In this document: positions 1 through 11,874 of the stretch, piece after piece
How the letters are laid out: each line of letters begins with the position of its first letter
Position numbering within the stretch: position 1 is the stretch's first letter
Assembly (NCBI GenBank): GCA_030390025.1
Contig: CM059432.1
Coordinates: 118,546,001-118,610,000, forward strand
DNA: 64,000 nt
From: Squalus acanthias
Taxonomy: Eukaryota
Direction: 5' to 3'
Made by a program: the position numbers and the translations under genes
The notes under the pieces: generated by a model
Seen by the model: the letters and a program-made list of their open reading frames with translations, nothing else
Databases searched by the model: none
Told to the model about the DNA's origin: nothing

Positions 1-557
1 CCCTCTGGCCACATTTTGTAATCTCTCTCTCTGCCTCCGCTGCCTCTGATGTTGACGCTGGAGGGCGAGGTCCAGTGTCAGTACAGCCCCCATTGAAGTA
101 TGGAAATGTTGCACTTTAAAATCTCACCTAAATGAAAGTGAATAATTTTTCTGAGGCAGACGACTCCTTCAACTGAAAAACGCTGAAATCGCTCAAAACG
201 CCTGTTTGACTATGTCAAACTGACAAGGCAGCAGTCTTTGCCGACTAAAAATAAATCAGATGTTGATGTCTTTATATGGTGCTTCTCCAGCGCTCATCCG
301 ACTGCAAACCGCCTCCTCTACCTGTTGGTGCTAACGGCAGGCGCTCAGGCAGGGGGCGAGAGTGAATATCTGAGCCGGGGCACTGCGCAGCCAGATGACG
401 TCACGATCTCCGGCCGCAGGAGAGCGTGGCACTAGTGGTTACCGCCGTCGCAAACCTCCACTTCAATTTCGCAGACATCGGTACTATCGCCCGGTCGCTA
501 AGCCGGTAGCGCCCTGTTAGCGCCCCCGGAGGCGCAAAGGTTCCCAATTTCTCCCCC
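1..557. mobile_element. Right part of a Harbinger-type MITE (family A'), truncated by window edge
   Basis: Ends CCCAATTTCTCCCCC. The interior from ~310 parallels 13850-14117 (ctacctgt..ctaa..ggcagg..gcagggggcg, gatgacgtcacgatctc, gttagcgcccccggagg). Confidence 0.75.
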
Positions 558-1029
558 GTAAGGTTAACATTTCTATTATCTCAGTCTGCATTGCAATTAC
601 CAGCTAACAGGTACACATCGGCAACAGAAGTCAATGAAGAGAAATTCCATTCTTACCTGTTGTCCAAAGTATTGATAATGTATGCACATTTTTTGTATCA
701 CTTGAGGCAAGCAAACTTGCTGTAAAAGTCTTCCTGTGCATTTTCAGTGCCCAGTTGTATTTTCTGGTATGAATTTACTGCAGCAGGGGATGATTTCCAC
801 CAATGGACTAAATGCACCAATTGAGCCAAATATTGGGGTGGATTTAAATGAACTGAAATAATGTGATTACTTTTAAGACGTGCCGAAAGCTTCACACTAC
901 ATGTGCAATGTGTCACAATCCAAATATGGCAGAAACGTGAGCATTATGGTTCCCACAAAATGGGTAATCCAGTATTCTACATTACACCAATCAGGATATG
1001 AGAATATGACAGAAATGGTGAGGCATTAA

Positions 1030-1800
1030 TGGAAGAGGAGTAGAACCAGAACCCAGTCATACCTCAGGAAATTAATTACTGTGCGTAGCTCTTCAGACTT
1101 ACCAGGTAGATAACAACAAAACTGTGTCAGTTGATTGCATCCAATTTGGAGGGATCTTTAGTGACTCGAATTGCTTTGCCAATGGCTGTGAAGTTGAAAA
1201 ATTGACTGCAACAATCAATTTCCTAACTACAGGGTCATTCCAGGCACCAGGGTTATTTTGCTGGCATTCATCAGTGCACTATGCCCATTTGTATTCAGCA
1301 GTTGACTGATGTACTGTTCGAGAAATCTGGCAGATTCATCCTTTTTACGAGGAATTCTAAGAGACAGCTGGCCAGATAGTAAAAAGTTCTTTTTTGTTGC
1401 TGTTATTGGTTTCCCCAGAGTTTCAGGCATGGAAAAGTGTATCTATGTGGAGATACCAGTGCTGTCAGTCAATTCAATGGCAGACATCAACCATAAGTGA
1501 TTCTTTTCCTTCAATGTGCAAGAGGTCTGCGATGCTCATCAAAAATTCCCCCTAATCAATGCCAAATTCTCAGGATCAACGCACAAATCAGTCCGTCTGA
1601 ATTGATTGTGATTTCCTTGATTTTAGGAGGATGAATAACTGCGATGCTAGCTCTTGGCATTATCCACTGAACCATCGCTAATAACGCCATTAACTAACCC
1701 CAGAACACCAGGCAAACGTAGGTACTGTAGGACAAATTGAACTGAAAATCCCGTAGGAAGAATTGGATTGCTATTCACCATTTGTCTAGGGTTTCATATG
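1030..1800 (+). pseudogene. Highly decayed Harbinger (HARBI1-like DDE) transposase fossil
   Basis: Translated pieces EKLTATINFLTTGSFQ, GFPRVSG..CIYVEI, INHK*FFSFNVQEVCDA and NAKFSGSTH match Harbinger motifs (FxATGSFQ, GFPxVxGAIDCTH, NRKGFxSxNVQxxCD, xxPGSxHD). Many stops and frameshifts. Confidence 0.7.
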
Positions 1801-2213
1801 CAATGCTGTTTGGCTCAGTAGTCGTCCTACATAAATCAACTGACTTAATAAACTGTCACTGCCAGTGGTTGATCTGAGTATAATGTAGTACTGCAAAGAT
1901 TTGCTGTTAACTCTTATCATACTTGGAAGACCTCAAGGACATGACACGAAAGTCAATGTACTACTAACAGTGACTTTACTTAACTAGATCTGCAATGCTA
2001 TAATTATCACTATTAGAAGGTTCAGTATCAATGATCATATTAAAAGTAGCTGATGCTGAAAATAGCTAATAGAATCTGAATCATACACTATCTCAGCATT
2101 AACTGAATTTAACCCAACTCTGATATTAAGATTCAATGTTCAAGGTTACTGCACGCAGAGCAAAGTAGTTGAAAATGCAAAGTCACATGAATACGCTTTC
2201 AGGTTAAGTACCT

Positions 2214-2637
2214 GGGGCCAAATTCCAGGGTCCCTGCTCCATTGTCGGAAAAGTGGCGGAGTGGAACTCCCAGCCACCTGCAGCTACAGACGCTGACCCT
2301 GACCCAAATTGAGAAAATGGGGTCATTATGATGTTTGGAGAGGGCATATCAGTAGTGGCCACTCCGCCATATGGCCAGGATGTCAGGGCGGCTTCATGTT
2401 CTGATGCTGCAGACAAGACCCAGACAGGACCTCACAGTAAAAAAGATGCACAACTCTTCAGCTCCCAAAGGGGCTGCAAGGTCATCTCTGTGATCGATTA
2501 GCTTTTCCCTCAGGAACCTTGGGGTTTTTAAACTAGGCCCATAAACAGGCTCTCTGAATCCCAGCAGATCCAGGTTTCACCCCAGTTTCCACACACCCTG
2601 GCTGTTACATTCCTCGATCAGGGTGGAATTTGGGGTC
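2214..2637. mobile_element. Old Harbinger-type MITE
   Basis: Imperfect TIRs GGGGCCAAATTCC / GGAATTTGGGGTC; no ORF. Confidence 0.45.
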
Positions 2638-3543
2638 CCCTAACTTTCATTCTCAATTACAAAAAGATACAACCTCCTTCATGTAGTGGCAGATGGAGTG
2701 TTGAACAGTCCAGTCAGTTTTGCTAATCCACATTTATTTAAAGTTTTCTGTAATCATCTCTCTATTTGGCAATCACCTGTCTGTTCATTGTCCATCCTAT
2801 ATGACATACCTTAACCCTTAACTTGTGCACTAATATCAACAATAGTAAGCAGTAACATTATTCTTACTACCATCAAAGACGTAGATAGTTGATTTCATGC
2901 TACAGTCTATCCAAGGGGTGGGCCACCTTTCAGAGCTCAAGAAGAGAAAAGAGAAATTGTATCCTGACAAGCAGCCACAAGTTTTAAGTCAACCATCATA
3001 CTCACTGACACTCTCACTGTAACTACAACTAGTACAGATATACCATGCAAAAGATTTTGAAATCTACCACATCGACATTTTGACCTGCTTAGTTCCATCT
3101 ATTTTCCTGAAATCCAAATTGAATTTTATCAGGTTTGTGGTGTGGGGGGGAGGAAGGCATCAACAACATTCTCTGACACCTGGTTATCAGAGCACAGAAT
3201 GGGTTGTGTTGTCTCAAGGGAAGAGTGAGAGCCATGCAGCAGGAGAGTGCTTGGAATCTGTAACACTGCAGATAGACCATTGATTTGAAAGCAAACACTC
3301 TGTCTATCATCATGCTGACTCAGTGCAGTAAGGTTTCACTGAAGCTGAATGGTGCCATTAATCTGGTAAGTGCGTGACAATCCCAACCTCAGCAAACCTT
3401 TTCCTTACTGATAACCCCAATTCCCCGTTCCAATTTTTTCCAACCAGCTTTCAGAGGTACGTAGAGAGTTGGCAAATAAACCTGCAGTCAAAGTGGTCTG
3501 CAACGCTGCTGGATTCCAATGCTTGATGGCTGATGTTGGCTCG

Positions 3544-3902
3544 TGGGTACGGTTGTATAGTGGCTATGTTGCTAGACTAGTAATCCAGAAATCGCAAGGT
3601 CAAATCACACCATGGCAGTTTGTGAATTTGAAATCAGTTTAACAAACCTGGAAATAAAAAGTTGGTATCAGTGACCATGAAGCTGTCGTTAAAAACCTAA
3701 CCGGTTCCCCAATGCCCTTTAGAGCAGAAACTTGCCGACTTTACCCGGTCTGGCCTAAAGGTGACTTAAGTCCTACACTAATGATGTTGACTCTTAACTG
3801 TCTTCTGAAGTGGCCTAGCAAACCACTCAGTTGTATCAGGGATGGGCAATAAATGCCAGCCTTGCCAGTGATGTCCACATTCCAAGAATGAATTTTTAAA
3901 AA
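3544..3902 (+). mobile_element. tRNA-derived SINE (family X) with LINE-derived tail
   Basis: A-box-like (gtatagtggct) and B-box-like (aggtcaaatc) head. The 3' tail gggatgggcaataaatgccagccttgccag is shared with the LINE ends at 24030 and 59230. Related copies at 14712, 30147 and 42320. Confidence 0.75.
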
Positions 3903-4599
3903 TGTTGGATTTTCTAGCACAGTCTGAAACTCAGGGATTGTATCTTAGCGGATGTCCAAGCTCTTGTGCATGACATGGTGGAGAAGTATATGCGCAGAAC
4001 TCATCTCTCCAGCAGCTAATTTCAATAATAAGAAAGTGCAGGCAGGAGACTCCACATATGGCCTAACAATAACAAGATTCCATTGAAAGGTAAGTTCCCA
4101 GGCTGTCCGATGTGTATCTGCACTATAGCCAAGTGGTGTGAGTTCATTGGCATGAGCATGAACCCATTTAATTGGTGTATGGAGCATGGTTGCATTCATG
4201 CTCGCCCCCCTGGCTACCTCCTTCCTGCCACTGCTGTATCGGGGGAGCTCTCTGCCCTGCTGGAGATCACACCGATAGTCTCGAGTGTCAGCAACTGCAG
4301 TTATGCTGCCGTGGGGACTTTTTTTGTGTGATGGCCTTTTAAGCTGTTGCAGGCGTTTAAATCTTGTAGCAATACCCAAATTTCTGGCCTCAAAATAGTG
4401 TGGACACTATTAGAGGGGATATTACCGCCTGGAACTTTCCACCATTATGGAAGGTAGACTAACCCTGGAAACTCTACCAGATGTGAATCGTACACTGCCA
4501 TTATTCTGCTTGGGTTTTCGGCTAAGTGGAAAATCTAAATATTAGTGGTCATGCACATCTCGACTGATTATAAAGTGTCTTGCCCCTGAATGTTGACTG

Positions 4600-5170
4600 T
4601 TTGAGCTAGTCATTTTAATTCTCCACCCCACTCTGACCTCTCTGTCTTCGGCCTCTTACAGTGTTCCAATGAAGCTCAACGGCAGCTCGAGGAACAGCAC
4701 CTCATCTTTTGATTAGGCACTTTATAACCTTCCAGACTCAACACTGAGTTCAACAATTTCAGATCATAACCGCTGCTCCCATTTTTTCGGACAGCAGCTG
4801 TTGGTAATGATTCTGCTTTTGTCATTTACACCTCCTCTAGACCCATCATTTGTTTCTTTATTTATCCCATTACCATCCCCTTTTGCCTTGCACCATCATC
4901 TCTTTTATCATTTAATCACTCCTGCCTTCCACCCTATCACAGACCTTCCCTTTTGTTCTTTCCTCCCCTCCCCGCCTTTCCCTGCCTCTGTACTTGCTTA
5001 AAACCTGTTACATTTATAACCTTTGCCAGTTCTAATGAAAGGTCATCGACCTGAAACATTAACTCTGTTTCTCTCTCCACAGATGCTGCCTGGCCTGCTG
5101 AGTATTTCCAGCATTTTCTGTTTTTATTTCAGATTTCCAGTGTCCGCGGTATTTTGCCTTTTGTATTACT
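4600..5170 (+). mobile_element. Penelope-like element 3' end (GIY-YIG C-terminus plus terminal repeat)
   Basis: Translates HSDLSVFGLLQCSNEAQRQLEEQHLIF*LGTL*PSRLNTEFNNFR, a typical PLE endonuclease tail, followed by a hammerhead-like motif. Homologous to 43146-44195 (-) and 39323-39418. Confidence 0.75.
5027..5066 (+). ncRNA. Minimal type I hammerhead ribozyme motif (core mutated)
   Basis: agtt-CTAATGA-aa-GGTC-atc-GACC-t-GAAA-catt-aact: stem I agtt/aact, stem II GGTC/GACC, and a CUGAUGA core carrying a G>A change. Confidence 0.6.
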
Positions 5171-5659
5171 GTTTTGAGCATTGACTGAGCATCATATTTG
5201 TCAGATGTATGTATAATAATTATAGTCAGTGTCAGCTTGGCTCAGTTGGTTGCCCTCTCACCACTGAATCAGAAGCGCCCATCGGTTTTGCAGTTGCTTT
5301 TGGTAAACTTTGTTCCCAATTATGTCATTTGGAGATCCATGTAATTCCTGGTATTTTCACAGAGTGTTCAATCATGTACCTGCCCATATAAAATAGGAGT
5401 TCAGGGCTGCTAGGCTGTGGTGGTATTAAAGAATATTTAAATAGCCCCTTAGTAAGTTTTGTTCTAGGAGTTTGAAACGATTTGGGAATTCTTTTTATTT
5501 GGTTTTTTTGTTCCTTTCCTATTTCCACTAAGTTGGTGTGAATGGTTTGTATCAAGTGTTTCGAGACTGCCATTTTCTTGGTATGTCCAGGATATATTGG
5601 GACAATGGGTTTCTGAATGGGAATTCCCTTTATTTATGTTGTTTCGAAGAAAAGTCTGT

Positions 5660-5920
5660 ATTAGAGACAGGTTGCACCCACTTACTAGTACTTTCCCCCC
5701 AAATGAACACTTAGCTGATAATGAGCATGTAGAAATGGTTACACCAAGTCTCCAAGTCAGCAGACAGCCAGATGCAGATGTGTGCCATCTACTATAAGGA
5801 TGACTACCGCTAACATGCACCATAGAGCTGGCACTGCAGGTGGCTGTAATGGTCAACGGCAATCGCAAATTCTCTTCCTCTACCTATTTCCAAGTATGCT
5901 GCAATGCAGACTTATGGGAG
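5660..5920 (+). pseudogene. Decayed N-terminal part of a Harbinger transposase
   Basis: LQVSRQPDADVCHLL and ALQVAVMV..F..FQ parallel RLHLSREAVTVLCHLLQ / LNFFASGTFQ at 25080-25220. Confidence 0.5.
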
Positions 5921-6356
5921 GTGCCCTTGTAACATCCTTTTTGTAGCTACCTCATTCCAGCACTTAGCCAGCCATCAAACAGAGATTGGAGTGTTAGCCA
6001 CTCCAGCACTTTATCATAGTTTTGATTTCTTAGGGGTAGAAATTGTATTTTGGGGCCCAGAATCGGCACTGCCCGAACTGACAGGTCTGAGGCTGGATCG
6101 AAACTGGGCCTAGGGCTTCATCAACATATTTGAGGTGAGCTGTTGTCACCTCCACAGGCAACTTGGCCCACGAGACAAAGTAATTTTGGGCCACCTGCCT
6201 CGCCAACAGCAACCCTCAGGGAGCCAGGGTTGGAGCAGGCAACAGGGGGGCCAATTGCTAGGACTGTGGAGTCGGGGAGGGTACTTCTACTCCTCCTGCA
6301 TCCACAGAAAGGTGCATTAAAAAAAAAATTAACACCTACCTTTTGTTGGCAGCCTC

Positions 6357-7106
6357 GGTCAGTGTCAGCCGTGGCTCAGTTGGTAGCACCCTCACCTCTG
6401 AGTCAGAAGGTTGTGGGTTCATAGTCCCACTCCTGAGACGTGAGCACAAAAATCTAGGCCAACACTCCAGTGCAGTGCTGAGGGAGACCTTAAACCGAAG
6501 CCCTGTCTGCTCTCTCGGGTGGATGTAAAAGATTATTTTGAACTATTTCGAAGAAGAGCCGGGGAGTTATCCACGGTGTCCTAGGCAATATTTATCCCTC
6601 AATCAACATCACTAAAAAACTGATTACCTGGTCATTATCACGCTACTGTTTGTGGGAGCTTGCTGTGCACAAATTGGCTGCCGCGTTTCCTACATTACAT
6701 AGAAACATAGAAACTAGGAGCAGGAGTAGGCCATTCGGCCCGTCGAGCCTGCTCCACCATTCAATACGATCATGGCTGATCATCCAAATCCAGTACCCTG
6801 TCCCTGCTTTCTCACACAGAATCCCCACATCGAGCCTGCACCGATCCCACCCTATCCCCGTAACCCCACGTATTTAATTCCCCCTAACATATCCCATCCT
6901 ATCCCCATAACCCCACATATTTAATCCCCCCCTAACACTAAGGGTCAATTTATCATAGCCAAATCAACCTAACCCGCACATTTTTTTTTTGGACTACAAC
7001 AGTGACTACACCTCAAAAAGTACTTCATTGGTTGTAAAGCGCTTTGGGACATCCAGTGGTCATGAAAGGCACTATATAAATGCAAGTCTTTATTTCTTTT
7101 CTTTTT
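6357..7106 (+). mobile_element. Deu-domain SINE (SacSINE1-like), interrupted by an HE1-like SINE
   Basis: tRNA head (tggctcagttgg ... gggttcatagtcc), Deu-like core (taaaccgaagccctgtctgc..ggtggatgtaaaaga..gaagaagag) and L2-type tail (ggcactatataaatgcaagtcttt). Confidence 0.75.
6699..6994 (-). mobile_element. 5'-truncated HE1-like V-SINE
   Basis: Nearly identical to the 3' parts of 34916-35352 and 44760-45165, with (tttctatg)n tail; splits the host SINE at cctacattac|aacagtgac. Confidence 0.85.
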
Positions 7107-7435
7107 AGATGAGTGCTGTAGAATCCCAATCGGGCCAAATCTGATGCTTGCCACACTCATCAATAACTAATTTTGTAAAGGGGTCCTTCAACAGGTCTTA
7201 GGCCCCTTATTAACATATCCAAGGGACCCAAAGCCTGTTTTGGACGTCTGCCCAGGACGTTTTATGCTTGAAAAATGGGTGCAATGTATACTAATTTCTA
7301 CCCCATCATGCTGTATTAAATTTTAAGTTTCAAGATATAATTTGAGTGGATATTTACCAACTGCACTTATTTATAAATCCACTTTCGAGCCTTTATAGTA
7401 GGAACATCAAGTTTTGTTACCAAAGAAATATCTAT

Positions 7436-8474
7436 GGGGGTTATTTTGGTGAAAGGGCCGCTAAATGGGTGCTGTGCTAATAAGACACGTCTATTTGAAA
7501 GTTTGGTTTTAGCACGTAATTTTGAGCCTAATTGCTGATTACCATAATTTAAACTTTGCTGGAGGTGCTAAAACAGACATCTGCAGGTTTAGCACTCAAG
7601 TGCTGATTAGACGCAATTTTTGTGGAGCAGTATATGTGGGCTCCTCGCACCCACTTCCACTGAAGGTGTGGAGTGCTCTGGCTGGCACACAGCCGCATGT
7701 TGCAGGATGGCTCAGGGACCGAAGGAGAGGGTGCACAAGTTCTCGGACACAGCACTGGAGGTCATGGCGGAGGCGGTCCAGAGGGAGTCCAGCGGGAGGG
7801 ATGTCCTGTACCCGCAGGGGGAAAGACGCCACCTTGCCCTCCTGTCCCTCTCTCCTGCAGTAGCTGGTGCTGCTCTTCCTGGCCTCATGTCCTCCTCCCA
7901 TTTCTCCTGCAGACCAAGGGGGGCCCCTAGCAAGCTGCTGATGGCCAAGCACTCCCTTTCTCCTGGTGACTCCTATAACATATCCAATAAGGTAGAGTAG
8001 CACGGCACTTACTCTTTTCAGGTGAAGTCCTCAGAGAATTTACAGAATAAATGTTGCTCGAGTGTTGGTGAAGTCTTGACAAAGAGTCCCAGAAAGTCTC
8101 TTGATGTGTTTCAAAAGTCCTCTTCAAACCTCCAGCCGCAAGTGAGCAGTAAAAATTGATATACCTTTAAGTAGCTCTCAAAATCTTCAGCAACAACTAG
8201 TTTACTACCAATCGCAGTTAGGAGAGGGCATTAGGTCAAGCACTCTCAACCAAAATGCCCTGCAGCCTTGTTAATGAGCGCTAGCAGGCAATTTAAGTGG
8301 CAATCAGCTGTTTAACGATCCTCTGGGCGGCCGTTCCTGGCACAAGCTTCAACTCCTTTACCAAGATGGTGTTTTGCACTAAACATGGGCTAAACCGGCG
8401 TTTCAGTTTATGACAACATCTTGGCCACCTTGGAGGCTCTTTAGTGCCTAAAGTGTCTGGGGTAAATCACCACC
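7436..8474 (+). mobile_element. Non-autonomous Harbinger derivative retaining the start of the Myb/SANT ORF
   Basis: MAQGPKERVHKFSDTALEVMAEAVQ...RDVLYPQG (7707 onward) resembles the Myb N-terminus at 32731-32970; degenerate GGGG..ATTT termini. Confidence 0.55.
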
Positions 8475-8972
8475 CGCCGCCCCCCCCCCCCACCCCCCAC
8501 CATGTCTCTTCTTCACAGTCACAAGTTGTAGTAAGGCTTAGCTGTCAAATGCTCAGTTTAACCCATTCAGTGTCCTTTCTCAGCTTTCAAGGCAGAGCGC
8601 TCAGGGTTGGGAGAGACATGGGAGTTACCTCCGAAAGCAACTGTGAACATTCCTGTCTCTGCTGTAATACCACTCAGTCTGGGCATCACTTGTACACAAA
8701 AACAAGATCTATTGGTACGATTTGCTGTTCAAGCACTCGAGAAGAATAAAGATTTACCTGAAGGGTTCCCATTCAGGAATAGGGATAATATAATTTTGTT
8801 ACAGAAAAAACAGTGTTCGGTCTAGGTGGTTCCAGTACAACACTGTGTATAAACTAAGAATGGAATGGGAAAAATCCATGCCAGTTAGCTGAAATTGAAA
8901 TTGATAAGGGAGGAAAGCTATTGGTTATACTGAAATTGCTTAAAATGATGCTCAAGACCTTCGGGATTCATT

Positions 8973-9619
8973 GGGGCAGAAATTAGGCTCGCCACGGGTG
9001 AGTACGCACTATGTACTCACCCGTGGACGGAACGAAAGTTACGGTTTCTTGCATGCACTGCGCATGCGTGGGAAACCGGCACTTCCGTTCCCCTGAAGGA
9101 AGGGGTTCAGAGGTCGAACGCGCACACCGGAGGGCCAACGTGTTCGCCTCGCACTTCATTTTTTTTTACAGGTTCCTCTGTGAGGGTAAGCACGGAGAAG
9201 ATACACATTGAAAAAGGAGGCGCAAGGCCTTCTTTTAACAAGGTAAGTGTTGATTTTATTAAAATGTAAACATTTTTTTCACAGATTTATCTTTTTTAAT
9301 TACTTTAAAGAAAGGTAAGTTTAGTTTTAACCCCGTTAACAAGTGTAATTAATTTTTTCAAAAATTAAAATTTTTGTTTAAAATAGTTAATTAATGTAAT
9401 TTATAGTTATTTTAAAAATGTGATTTAAAAAAAATATATATTTGTAGTTTTAGGGATGTTTTGGGGCCGATCTGTATTCATAGATTTGACAGGTCTTCCC
9501 CCGGGATATGCAAGCACTGCGCGCCGGCAGTTGGAGGAGGCCCAGGACTCGAATTCCTCATGGGCCCAGGGGTCAACGGCAGGCGCGGTAGGTAGGTGCG
9601 CGAGCCGAATTTCTGGCCC
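8973..9619 (+). mobile_element. Harbinger-type MITE, family C
   Basis: TIR GGGGCAGAAATTAGGCTC / GAGCCGAATTTCTGGCCC; flanks ATT/AAT; homologous to copies at 33323, 43250 and 62083. Confidence 0.85.
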
Positions 9620-9749
9620 AATATTTTTAGAGAGAAACATTTTAGAGATATAATTACAGATAGGAAAGAGGTTAATTGGATACAAATACTGAGCTTCCTG
9701 GAACAGTTCTGGCATGAGGATCCAGGGACCAGTACCCAACATTCCAAAC

Positions 9750-9810
9750 ACAGAGAGAGAGAGAGAGAGAGAGGAAAACAGATAAAGAGAAACAGACAGA
9801 GAAGAGAACT
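9750..9810. repeat. (GA)n microsatellite and GA-rich tract
   Basis: cagagagagagagagagagagagg followed by a purine-rich tract. Confidence 0.8.
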
Positions 9811-9986
9811 GAGATTATTGAACATGGATAAGTTCTGGCAGTTCAGCAGCTTAGATGATCTGCATGGTATTACAATACCAGTTCAATCTAAAACTAATCC
9901 TGGTGTCAAAGTTAAAGGCAACGAATATCCTTCATCTTGCAGATTGGGACTACCCTCTGGAATCAGTACAATCTTGAAAAGATATA

Positions 9987-10350
9987 CAGGAAACTCTTTA
10001 TTAACCGGCACCCAAATATCCGGAAATCTCTCTTAACCGGCAAAATTCTTGAGTAGGTAACCGAGGTTTTCCTTCATCTCTCGTTTAAAATTAACTTTAA
10101 AAAAAACCCCGAGGCGTTTGCCTTGTATCGGAGCGTGTAGATTGGGAGGGGAATGTGCAGCCCGGGTAGGCAGCGGACACGACAGATGGTCAGCTGGCGG
10201 TCCCCGGGGAGACGGAGCTCCGAATGCAGGCGCATGTCAATGTGTACGGGGCTCTCGTACGTTGGGAGATATAACTCTCCATTATCCGGACTTTTTGATT
10301 AACCGGCACCACGCCGGTCCCGTCGGTGCCGGTTAATAAAGAGTTTCCTG
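9987..10350. mobile_element. Tc1/mariner-superfamily (pogo/Tigger-like) MITE
   Basis: Perfect 26-bp TIR CAGGAAACTCTTTATTAACCGGCACC; TA TSD at 9985-9986 and 10351-10352. Confidence 0.9.
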
Positions 10351-11874
10351 TACTGGACTCAAGAACAATGTAGCGGGAAAAAGGCATCCAAGGTAGTAAC
10401 ACGAAGGAAGAAAGGAACTGACTTGATTAAATATTAACTATGGACAATATGCATGATATTTGAAAGAGGTCCAAGAAGGGTTTAATAAAATTAAAATATA
10501 TATTAATAATACATTGGACCAAACTGTGAGGGAACTACTGATTTGTGTTTAATGAAAAATAATAATTAGATTGGATCATAAGATTCCTCCAGGGCTTATG
10601 GTAAGATGGTATGATAATATTATTGGGCATGAGGAAGTTACTGAGTGCATAAGGTAGAAGCAGGAAAATTGTACCACAAAATAAGGTTGGGAAAAGATGT
10701 ACAATTTAAACCATAAGATGCATAAATCACCTGGGCACGATCCACCAAAAGGTATCAATCTTGAATCAATATACAATCGAGCGAAAATGGCAAATTATGT
10801 AAGGTTGGAAATGGTTGTGTCCTTGACTATACTTCACAATGAAGAGAATGCATTTCACAACCTGGTCACTGCCCAGAAAGACCTGCAGACCACCCCATCT
10901 TTTGATATATAACCTGGAAGGGCACGAATTACTCATACGAGATGTCTCGTGCTGCATGATGCCGCTGTGTGTGCAGAAGTGACGTGTTGCGCATGAAGTA
11001 ACCAGTATGCAGAAGGCATGATGAAGATGCACTGAAGAATGGGTCCCTGACATGTTCAGTCACGCTGACAACACCACTATATGAAATGGTTTATGTGGCT
11101 CAGGAGAGTGAGAACATATACTGTATTAATACTCATTTAAAACTGTTTCTCAAGGCTCTGACACATTCTCCATAGAGAAACCAACTTCTGCATACAAATT
11201 GCTAAAACAACCAGGATAGGGTTAAACTCACTGGTACCTATCAAAGTTATTGATATTAAAGTAGAGAAGGAAATAGATTGGAAAATTCCAAAATTCAGGA
11301 TGTTTCCCACAAAGCTAAAATTAAAATTATCCACAATGTGGATAACAGAGAGTACTGGAGGATCTTTTGTCCATGTGAGGACATTTTGATATATGGAAGG
11401 GCATGGGAGAAATAGGTTTTAAAACTGTATTTCCATGTAAACAAAATGGGTAGAGATCTGTGTAACGGGATAGATCGAGACAGATACATGTTGGTGATGA
11501 AATAATGGTTTAGTGTTGGCCTTAGATGCTCTGAAGCCAACAAGGGAGGCAACATAAGGAAAGCTTTAATCAGACAGACCTGCAGTGTGCTTCTGTAATA
11601 CTGCCATTGATTTTTCTTTATATTGTAGCAATGTTAACCTTTGTTAAGTAGAGAAGTGTGATTGAATTTAGAGCAGTGACCACTGAACCTTTGAACTGAG
11701 ACTGACTCTACAAGCACTGGGATGTTTCAATATGAGCTAATCACCTACTTAATGAGGGAACTTAATTAAAGACATGCCATTGCATACTAGTCCCTGAGTT
11801 TCAGGGAGTTGTAGTCAATGACATAGACACAAGGACAAAAGTTACTGCAAAAGAAAAGCATCTAGGTAAATATT

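Larger units (their letters stand above)
6033..7304. mobile_element. Harbinger-type MITE hosting nested SINEs
   Basis: Perfect 12-bp TIR GGGGTAGAAATT / AATTTCTACCCC; flanks TTA/ATC do not match. Confidence 0.65.

Noticed and set aside
653..916. Minus-strand donor (CAG|GTAAG at ~657) and short open frames suggesting a host exon
   Set aside because: No recognisable protein similarity and no consistent multi-exon chain; cannot be supported from sequence alone.
9620..11600. ORF 9596-10036 and faint LINE-like words (KSPG..)
   Set aside because: The ORF runs through a MITE end, a microsatellite and another MITE; the LINE similarity is too weak to annotate.
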